64,000 nucleotides of DNA. Source: Octopus sinensis. Its lineage: Eukaryota. The DNA is taken from contig NC_043009.1 in NCBI RefSeq assembly GCF_006345805.1, forward strand, positions 12,028,001 to 12,092,000, read 5' to 3'. Positions 39,421 through 49,469 of this stretch are shown piece by piece (within the stretch, counting starts at the first letter, position 1; each line of letters starts with the position of its first letter). The notes under the pieces are model-generated. The model did not search any database. It saw only the letters and a list, made by a program, of their open reading frames with translations, and was not told the origin of the DNA. A program made the position numbers and the translations under genes.

Positions 39421-39961
39421 CAAAAGAATGTAATTATGTATATACATACATATACATATGCACATACACACATACATGTATGTATACGAATATGTTGGGT
39501 GTGCGTATGTCAGTACACACATACACACACACACTTACACCAACACAGATATGCACCTGCTCGTGTGAGAGCGTGTAATTTTATGATCACGCGAGAGCAG
39601 GTGTTTATGTTTGTGTGTGTGTGTGTGTAAGTGTGTATAAGTGTATGTGTGTGTGTGTAAGTGTGTGTGAATTCAAACAAAGAAAGCAGGAAAGCCACAA
39701 GTCAGACAACAAAGTATTCTCCAGCTCTCGCCCTCAATGGAGGAACGGAGAAAATAAACAGCCACAACCGCTTAATCACTGTCTCCTTTGCTCCCCCTTC
39801 CTCTCTCTCTCACTCAACCTCTCTCTTACTTTCCTTTCCCCCGCTCTTTTCCTCCTTTCTTCCTTTCTTCTTCTTCTCTCCCTTTTTCCTTCTTTGACAT
39901 ACTTATCAAAGCATATATTATTACACATACCTACAAACGTATGAGTGTGTGTGTGCCTCTG

Positions 39962-40024
<63 letters not shown>

Positions 40025-40119
40025 ACACACACATATATATGCATGTTTATATACGTATATATACATATATTTACAAACAATAGTATGGATGAACACGTAC
40101 ACATATACACACACAGATA

Positions 40120-40480
40120 TGTGGGTGAGTGTCTTTGTGTGTGTGTGTCTTTGCGTGTGTGTGTCTTTGTGTGTCTGTCTGTGTGTGTGTCTTTGTGTGT
40201 ATGTGTGTGTCTGTGTGTGTGTCTTTGTGTGTGTGTCTTTGTGTGTGTGTGTCTTTGTGTGTGTGTCTGTCTGTGTGTGTGTCTTTGTGTGTATGTGTGT
40301 GTCTGTGTGTGTGTCTTTGTGTGTGTGTCTTTGTGTGTGTGTGTCTTTGTGTGTGTGTCTGTCTGTGTGTGTGTCTTTGTGTGTATGTGTGTGTCTGTGT
40401 GTGTGTCTTTGTGTGTGTGTCTTTGTGTGTGTGTGTCTTTGTGTGTGTGTGTGTCTGCGTGTGTGTCTTTGTGTGTGTGT
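40120..40480. repeat. GTGTGTCTTTGT-type minisatellite
   Basis: Direct reading. Confidence 0.95.
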
Positions 40481-40718
40481 CTATGAATGCATGTATACAT
40501 TTATGTGTATATACACGCATACGTGTTTGTGTGTGTAAGTGTGAATGTTCGTGTGTGTGTGTGTGTGTGTATGGTGTGAGTAAAGAAAGAAGGGTAAAAC
40601 ACGACGTATAAAAAAAATCAGTTGTATATAGAACTCAATAATAGGTTATATAAAATAGACTATATATATATTTTATTTCATGGTGAAATTAAGTCGAATG
40701 CGGGAAATAGCTAAAAGC

Positions 40719-41154
40719 GGATCTTTTCGGTTTGAACGGCAGTTTTTTCTAGCGGTGTCATATGAAATTGTCACCCAAAGTTATGACCCTAGTATCGATC
40801 TATTGCATTTCAATTTGTTTTAGGTTTAGGGTTAGTGTTAGGGGTGGGGGGAAGGGTATCTTTTTTTCTTCACAAATGTAAATAAACCCAATCTGTTTCT
40901 TAAACGAGGGACATATTCATACGGCACAGAATGTTTTTTTTTTACCTCAATAGACGGCATTGATTGGTTGAAATTGCAGAAATTGAAGAAAAAAAAACAA
41001 CAAATATCTTACAAACTATAGAATTTTTTCAATAAAGCCAAGAGAAAAAGATGTTTTATAAACACATTCTACGGATCTACCAGTATACGAAGTTAAAATT
41101 TTTTTGGTTAGCTAGAAATTATGTTAAAAACTGCCGTTCAAACCGAAAAGATCC
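40719..41154 (+). mobile_element. TTAGGG-bearing MITE, copy 3
   Basis: TIRs at both ends. Confidence 0.9.
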
Positions 41155-41584
41155 CCAGTCAGATGAAGAAATAAAACAATTTTATTTTCCTGTACAGCAT
41201 AAATTACAAAATTCGTTGACTAAGCATTTTAAACAATAGAAATCTCGTTGACGTTACCGGAACGCGACATTATGTAATATCGTCTGCCAGTCGTTCGCTC
41301 TCATGTCTTTTTGATGTGTGACGAGTAAAAAGAGAATATTTGCTTTATTGCGGATCAATGATGAGTTGTTTTTTTTCCATTAAGAAAGAGATGTTTGTGT
41401 TACGTGCATTTCTGTTTGGATTTTAGCCTTTCAGCAATAAAAATATTTTGATTTGCGACGACAAAAACAGATATCAGTTCTAAATATTTAGGAAAAAAAG
41501 AAGGTATATTCATTTACTCTCGTTTACACTCCCAAACTCCCAAACGCTCGTAGTCACCCAGACGCACACACACACACACACGTA

Positions 41585-41767
41585 TTGGGTTGGCAAGAAA
41601 GTAATTTCAGTTTTTTAGTGTAAAATAAAAGTTTTTTTTCTCATACGTAGGAGTGGCTGTGTGGTAAGTAGCTTGCTTACCAACCACATGGTTCCGGATT
41701 CAGTCCCACTGCGTGGCACCTTGCGCAAGTGTTTTCAACTAGAGCCTCGGTCCGACCAAAGCCCGTC

Positions 41768-41808
<41 letters not shown>

Positions 41809-42870
41809 TGTGTGTGTGTGTGTGCGTGTGTGTGTGTGTGGTGTGTGTGTGTGTATATTTTGTTGTCTGTGTTTGTCCCCCAACATCACTTGACAAACCG
41901 ATGCTGGTGTGTTTACATCCCCGTACTTAGCGGTTCGGCAAAAGAGACCGATAGAATAAGTACTAGGCTTACAAAGAATAAGTCCTGGGGTCGATTTGCT
42001 CGACTAAAGGCGGTGCTCCAGCATGGCCCCAGTCAAATGACTGAAACAAGTAAAGAGTATACAAAGAATGAACTTTAATCAATTCCATATTTTCCAGTTT
42101 GCTCGATGATCTTTTGCCATCTTTCTGGCAACTTCATGATTCTGCGCACATCGAACGTCTGGTCCTTACCAGCCCAAAACTGAAGCAAGTGCGAATTCAG
42201 GTCATCATCATTATGGAAAGCTTTACCATTCAAAGAATTTTGAAAACTTCGAAATAAATCGTAATCTGATGGTGCAAGGTCAGGGCTACATGGTGGATGT
42301 AACATCACTTCCCAACCAAGGTCCAATAATTTTTCACGAGCTAGACGTGTGTGGTCTAGCGTTGTCATGGTGGAACATGATTCCTTTACGATTTGCCAGT
42401 TCTGACCATTTTTCTTTGATTGCTTCCTCCACTTTCATTAGTTGTTGACAGTAAACATCTGAATCGATCGTTTGGTTCCTTGGAAGCAGCTCAAAATACA
42501 CACCAAGTTAACAGCATGTCCTTTTTTTGATGCAATTCAGCTTTCGATGTCATTTGTGCTGGTTCATTACGCTTGGGCCATGATCGTTTTCGATTAATGC
42601 TATTGCAGACAATCCATTTTTCATCACAATTGATGATTCGTTTCAAGAAAAGGTTGATTTCATTGCGCTTGAGATGCATATCGCAAACCTTAATTCGTTG
42701 TGTTAAGTGAATCTCTTTCAGTTTATATAGAACCCAAATATCGAGCTTCTTAACGAGTCCAAGACATTTTAAGTGATTTTCAATTGTTGTGTGTGATACA
42801 TTTAACCTCTCTACAATCGCTTGCACAGTCATATGACAATCAGATTCAATTATGGCTTTGATTATTGAAC
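41585..42870 (-). mobile_element. Mariner (DD34D-type), 5'-truncated, with nested SINE B
   Basis: TA plus TIR TTGGGTTGGCAAGAAAGTAATTTCAG at 41583-41612; WVLYKL; IINCDEKW; HHDNARPH; HPPCSPDLAPSDYDLF; LPERWQKIIEQTGKY. Confidence 0.9.
41647..42057 (+). mobile_element. SINE family B nested in the mariner 3' end
   Basis: Head, internal TA/TG tract and tail. Confidence 0.9.
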
Positions 42871-42922
<52 letters not shown>

Positions 42923-42945
42923 TAATAATCATAATAATAATAATG

Positions 42946-42976
<31 letters not shown>

Positions 42977-43029
42977 CAACAACAACAACAACAATCTCAT
43001 GTTTTAAAACAAACAATTTTCGTATGGGT

Positions 43030-43380
43030 TTTTAGGCATTCACTAGTACAACACTAAGTACAAAACCAAATATATGGCACCCTAGGCATAACACCAGCAT
43101 GAACTTCCAACTTGTTGTCTTTTGAGGTCTCTGGGTGATACTTGGAGCCAACTTGTGCAAATGTAAAGCAAAAGTCAAACATAGAATAATAATAATAATA
43201 ATAATATTAATAATAATAATAATAATAACATCAAAAAATACCTTCCGAATGAGAACCCAGGTTCGAAATTTCCCCCAAGACACTTGAAGAAGGCTGGAGG
43301 GTATATCAGACAAAACGTTGTTTTTAACAAACAAGATGAAGACAAATATCCATCGAATGTAAATAATGTAAATAATGTAT
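43030..43380 (+). mobile_element. (AAT)n-tailed retroposon end followed by a Penelope-like terminal fragment
   Basis: 43030-43185 is homologous to 29003-29150; degenerate hammerhead at 43280-43324. Confidence 0.6.
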
Positions 43381-43709
43381 GACTGTATATCTCAGAACCA
43401 GGGGAAACGATATCATAGTCGTTGTTCACTACGTGGCGATTCATTTTCCCTTGGTTTGTGGGTATGGTGTTCCATACACTCGACGTCATGAAAGGGTTTT
43501 CCCTGGATGAATAATGCAGCCAAAAAATCTTTTAAAACATAACTACATTATGTACACGAAGAATGTTTACATTATCAGAGATGCTTCTAACTCAAAATTT
43601 AACACACACACACAGACCATATAGCACACACACATACACACACACACATACACTCACACACAACATACACACATTTTTTTTATTCGTTTATTCTTTTATT
43701 TGCTTCAGC

Positions 43710-43929
43710 CATTTTACCGTGGCCATGTTGGAGTACAGCCTTGAAGGTTTTTAGTCAAACAAATCGACCCAGGACTCATTTTTTTAAAAAAGCCTAGTAC
43801 GTATTATATCGGTTGTTTTGCCGAGCCGCTAAATTACGGGGATTAAATCTATCACACCGGTTGTCAAGCGCTCATGGGAAACATACACAGACACAAAGAC
43901 ATCACACACATCGGTTATATATATATATT

Positions 43930-43974
<45 letters not shown>

Positions 43975-44362
43975 GTGGCTCTGTGGTAAGTAGCTTGCTT
44001 ACCAACCACATGGTTCCGGGTGCGTGGCATGTTGGGCAAGTGTCTTCTACTACAGCACCTCGGGCCGACCAAAGCCTTGTGAGTGAATTTGGTAGACGGA
44101 AACTGAAAGATGCCCGTCGTATATATGTATATATATATGTGTGTGTGCGTGTGTGTTTGCGTTTGTCCCCCCAACATCGCTTGACAACAGATGGTGGTGT
44201 ATTTGCGTCCCTGTAACTTACCGGTTCGGCAAAAGAGACCGATAGAATAAGTACTAGGCTTACAAAGAATAAGTCCTGGGGTCGATTTGCTCGACTAAAG
44301 GTGGTTTTCCAGCATGGCCGCAGTCAAATGACTGAAACAAGTAAAAGAGTAAAGTAAAAGAG

Positions 44363-44411
<49 letters not shown>

Positions 44412-44560
44412 ATATACGAAGGCTTCTTTCAGCTTCCACTAACAAGGCTTTGGTCGACCCGTGGCTATAAGAGAAGACACTTGCTCAAGGTGCCACACAG
44501 TAGGACTGAATTCGGAACCATGTCGTTGCGACACAAGCTTCTTATCACACTGTCACGCTT
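43710..44560. mobile_element. Three SINE family B copies/fragments in alternating orientation
   Basis: Minus 43710-43865, plus 43972-44360, minus 44415-44560. Confidence 0.85.
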
Positions 44561-45232
44561 GCGCCAATTGTATGTATATACTATATATATATCGTTTCAC
44601 ATCATTGTTACATAGCCCTTTCTTCCACTCTGTGTCACATCATTCTTGCTTTCCCTTTTCGTCGCTCTCTCTCTCTCTCTCTCCCTCTCTCTTAATCTCC
44701 GTTTGGTCTTCATGCTTTAAAAACAAAGCAGCACTACTTATCCCATTTCTTTCTTCCCCGCCTCCACCACCCTCATTCATCTTCCGATGTTTGACCTCTC
44801 TTTCATTACACACATACACACCACAGACACATACACACCACAGACAGGTGGATCACTTTCACACCGGTTCATGTGAACTGTTTGTTGATCTTTCGCTGAA
44901 CGATGACAAGAAAAACGACTGGCAACATTCAAGGCCTCACTCAAGCTGCTTCGTCAAATGGCTTCGTGCATTTGCAATTCAGTTGCCTCTTAATTGCTTG
45001 GAGTAGAAATTAATCGCTTGTTTACTAATCACTGCTCTAATACAGGAATCCCTTGCATTACAGAAGCAATGCAAAAATGTGAAAGATGTCGTCGTAACGC
45101 GAAATTCCGTAATGTGAAATTGCCTTTCTTATTGATTTTAATATAATAAGATCATAATGCATTTCGATGGAATTTTTCATAAGGCAACAAAAGACAAGTA
45201 ATAATAATAATTTGTAAAAATATACATTACAA

Positions 45233-45584
45233 CTAGCATTATGACCCGGCAGCGCCGGGTCATAGTGCTAGTGCATGCATATACAGCTGCGTGCGTGCGC
45301 ACATAGACGCGAGTACTGTCCAAATCTCCGACCAATCACATACAGCTAGCTGGCATTCAACTGGCGTATCAAGTTTCGGGCATTTTGATTGGGTTTTGGA
45401 TAGAAAATGCACAAAAAAGACACTTCTATTGATTTTTAATGGCTTTGCGGGATAACTGGGGAAATGTAAAGATGTGCACGACCACCCTTGGACGGTTTTG
45501 AATGACCATAGAAAGTGCAAAACTGTGGATTTGTATAAAGGATACACACACACACAGACATTTTGCCGTTTATATATAGAGAGA
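45233..45584 (-). mobile_element. Non-autonomous Helitron-like element, copy 1
   Basis: A|TC start and CTAG|T end on the minus strand, terminal hairpin; second copy at 57258-57630. Confidence 0.85.
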
Positions 45585-45689
45585 TATGTATACATGAAAA
45601 TATATAAAATCTACACTTTGGAGAAATGGTGGAATGAGAGTTACTGGAGTGAGATGAGGGACATTATCTTCTATTTCATAGTTCATCAC

Positions 45690-46490
45690 CTGTTTGAGGA
45701 GTGAAGGGGCATCTATTTCATTGTATAGCTCAGTGTAGGAACTGAGATCATCCTAAACTCCTCTGGTAATTTTTATGGTTTTGTAGCCATTATCAAGAAA
45801 AAGATGCAGATCTCTCTCTATAAGTGTCAGCCAGTGAACAATTTAAGAGACGTTTGTAGAATTTCCGTATTCTTATCTGTTTTCTCAGTTTTGCTTTTAT
45901 TCTAACAGCATCAGCTTCTCTTTGGAAAATTTGCGACTCCATTGCATCACCCGCTTTGATTTACTCAGACTTCATATCATTTTCAAGAATTCTATCTTCC
46001 TTGAATTGAAGGCTTTCTGCTTTTGGAACACTTGTAAAGTCACGGATAAGGCTCTTCCTCATCCATACTTTCTTATTTGAGTTACAAATAAGAGGATTTT
46101 CGGAGTGATACGTGAGTAGGGACTTTAGTTTCATAACACCAGTGGCGTTTTCTCACAAGAGTACTGTCAGATAATTTTGGGAAGCTTTGATTTTTCGTTT
46201 CGAGAAATAAGTGTTCCAGCCGTTAGGCGTTTCCAGAAAATGCCTTACGGTTCCATCGACATTGTATACATGCTCTGGTGCGCAGCCTTCTCCAGCCATC
46301 GTTTTCTTCAGCTGCTCAGAATAATATGTTGCTGTCTTTCATGCTTTGGTAATATAGGTGTTATTTTTTTCTTCCACAGAAAAATCTATTAAAACATCAT
46401 GTTTAATACTGATGGCCCCTTTTTGCACTACTTCTTTCAGTTCCACATGATGGTTTCTCTCCAGACATCTTGAACTCTGGGTGAATCCAG
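45690..46490 (-). mobile_element. pogo/Tigger-like transposase remnant
   Basis: Decayed FKMSGE; EGCAPEHVYNVDGT; FWKRL; LTVLL; MKLKSLLTYHSENP; NKKVWM; LFLDNG, resembling the DDE_1 pattern EQVFNADETGL-WKR...LLVYHSENP...NKKAWM...LDNA. Confidence 0.7.
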
Positions 46491-47264
46491 CAGCAGCAGT
46501 GGCGATCAGCAGTTATCAGTACCAAATATTTAATAAAAACAACAGCACACGAAAAGAACTGTTTGTGAGAGCAAAAATTGTTTTCTTATCCGTATGAATG
46601 TAAGATAGAAATGGGAGCAAGAAAGGGGTGAAGGGGTTAGGCAGGAGGAAATACTCTGTGATTTCAGGTTGATGGGTACTTCGCCCTTCTGCTTCTAACT
46701 TAAGACATAAACACTTCATACTCTAACCACACATACACACACACAAAACACACGAACACTCAAAACACATACACATATGCTGTGTTGACATAAAATATAT
46801 GTAGCTACAGGCACTGCTATCATGCTAATACTATTATTGCTGATGCCAGTTGTTTAAAATTTAGTGCGTTAGTATTGGTGAGGGTGTTACTCGTTTTAGT
46901 TTTAGCGTGGATGATTATAGTGATGATGGAAAGTATTGTCGGAGGTGAGATGTTGATTTTGTTCAATGTATTATTGTTAGTGTTTAATCTCGACTCAATT
47001 CTTACAGACCCATTAAACTTTTAAAATACAGTAAATCATAGCATTACCATACGTAAGTGTATTTATTTGAGACGTATCTGCTTATCTTGTGCCTATTGTT
47101 GTTGATGTTGTTAGTCATTAAAAAATTAATGGGTTGGTACTGGTGGTGATTTTATTACTCTTTGGTTTAACTGTTGATGGTGGTTATGATAGTGCTGATG
47201 ATAGAAAAATGGGAGATAGTATACATCAGACATATACATACATACATATATACATACATATATT

Positions 47265-47314
<50 letters not shown>

Positions 47315-47467
47315 TAGATATACACACACACACACAAGATAAACAAAACACATTCACACATATATGTACCTGTGTCAATTTGTGCTAGTGTATAAGCACA
47401 TACGTATATGACTATGCATCATATACATAACAAACACACACACGCGCATATATATATATATATATAT

Positions 47468-47855
47468 ATTCAACAATAATATTAAGGAATGGCCTTAATC
47501 AGCAGTTTATATTTGCTGCTGATAAGTTGGCGCGATGACGGTAGATCTTGAAAATTTAGAGTATATATTCCCAAGGCATCGATGCTGTTGCCTCGTGGAA
47601 TATTTATTCCTCCTGGCTTCCTTGCCGATGAGACGGGCCAGTGGTAAATTGACTCGATTAAATTAAATTAATTTAATTAGGCTGGTTTACCAAAAAGTAC
47701 GTCGAAACTATGCATAGTCCAAAGATGATTAGGGTAAATGTTTTTTAATTTTCCTTTGATTTCTGAATTACTACTATTTAGCGGTTTGAGTTTAGCTGCT
47801 CGTTTTAGTGAGTTGAATGGCCTATTAAGGCCATTCCTTAATATTATTGTTGAAT
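47468..47855 (+). mobile_element. 388 bp cassette with perfect 32 bp inverted ends, containing a hammerhead motif
   Basis: ATTCAACAATAATATTAAGGAATGGCCTTAAT at 47468-47499 and its exact reverse complement at 47824-47855; starts at the end of a (TA)n run. Confidence 0.85.
47617..47727 (+). ncRNA. Type I hammerhead ribozyme motif (one core change, U4 to C)
   Basis: CTTCCTTG-CCGATGA-GACG...CGTC-GAAA-CTATGCATAG-TC-CAAAGATG; predicted GUC cleavage after 47719. Confidence 0.7.
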
Positions 47856-47954
47856 GTACATTATATAGTCTGTTGACTATTTTTTCTTTCTCCCTAGACC
47901 GGTGGTGGCGAAAAAATTTCTATTGAATTTTTTGCTACCCTTATATTGATTAAT

Positions 47955-48005
<51 letters not shown>

Positions 48006-48453
48006 AGCTAAAAGATGGAAGTGATAGTATTATATTATTCCTTCATTACGAACATTTAAATCAGTGATTCTCAAACATTTTTTATCCATGGACTCCTTTC
48101 ATTATTAATTCATTATTATGGGCCCACTTAGCTATTTAATGCTTAAAAGCTAGTTTTATAGAAACTTCTTTCAAAATTCCTATTTTGCTTCCCACATGTT
48201 AACTGCAGGCAGAACTATGTAAAATGTTAGAGAAAAAAAACCTAGCTGTTATTTGCAATACACACCAATACATACAACTAACGCAAATCTTTTTTTCTGG
48301 GGCCGTTAAATACTATTGTGGATCCCAAATTTAATATTTTGTTACGGGGACAACCCAAAATCTTATACGGACCTTCAAGGGCCATATGGAACCTATTTGA
48401 GAGCCACCGGGTGCATGGTGCATGGTTCAGACATATGAATATACACGATTGTA

Positions 48454-49301
48454 GATACAACATATTACGTGGGAGTTCCTCTTGTAATGTTGAAACGATC
48501 GTAATGAAAGGAAAAGTATAATAGCATCATCTCCTTTCTAGAACTTAACTGCATAGGATTCCATGACTAATAATTTATCCCTGGAATTTCACTTTGTATT
48601 GGTCGATTTCTGCTAGAGAAAATAGTTCAGATGTATGCATTGGTTGTTGGTACATGTAGGAGTGTTCGCTGAGGAAATTACTTGAATTTTGTAAATATTT
48701 GGGGTCAAAATTCACTCCAGAGAATTATTTTCTGCAGAATTATTTCCGGTATTTTTGGCGCGCCAAAACGAAGACTTTTGAAATATAACCCCAAATGTAA
48801 TTGGTAGAACTATATGCATCTTCAATCTCATGTGGACGTCCCGTGTATAGTTCTGCAAATTATATTTTGCTATGACGGTCACACTGATGAATTGCGGACA
48901 TTTACCTAAGTATTACGTAAATGGTAACAATGAAACTGGTTTTGTGACTAATCATTATATTTTGTATCTTTTCATTTGTCTTGCTCGCTTACGTTCTGGC
49001 GTTTGTTGAATTTTCCTGAGAACAATCTTTTCTTAGTGGTCACACCATATGGGGTCTACATCTAACATAATGATACAACATATAACATGGGAGTTCCTCT
49101 TGTAATGTTGAAACGATCGTAATGAAAGGATAAGTATAATAGCATCATCTCCATTCTAGAACTTAACTGCATAGGATTCCATGACTAATAAATTATTCCT
49201 GGAATTTCATTTTGTAGAGGAAATAGTTCACATGTATGCATTGTTTGTTGATACATGTAGGTGTGTTCGCTGATGAAATTGCCTGAATTTTCTAAATATT
49301 T
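48454..49301. repeat. ~240 bp direct repeat pair (48454-48700, 49072-49301), period ~618 bp
   Basis: Shared GGGAGTTCCTCTTGTAATGTTGAAACGATCGTAATGAAAGG...GAATTTT.TAAATATT; copy 2 has a small internal deletion. Confidence 0.92.
48878..48948 (+). ncRNA. Minimal type I hammerhead motif
   Basis: GTCACA-CTGATGA-ATTG...CAAT-GAAA-C-TG-GTT(T)-TGTGAC; 6 bp stem I, intact core, one extra nucleotide at the cleavage site. Confidence 0.65.
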
Positions 49302-49310
49302 TCTATTCAG

Positions 49311-49358
<48 letters not shown>

Positions 49359-49375
49359 AAATAAGCAACAAGGTA

Positions 49376-49464
49376 ATGCAGTACGATCGTTTCATGCAAC
49401 TCCATTTTATTGAACAATGCAATCATTACATCAATTTAAAATGTAGAGCAATCTTCAGCTGCAC
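49376..49464 (-). ncRNA. Type I hammerhead ribozyme motif, intact core
   Basis: GTGCAG-CTGAAGA-TTGC...GCAT-GAAA-CGATCG-TA-CTGCAT; predicted GUA cleavage between 49382 and 49381; U.U at the stem II closing pair. Confidence 0.75.
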
Positions 49465-49469
49465 AAAGA

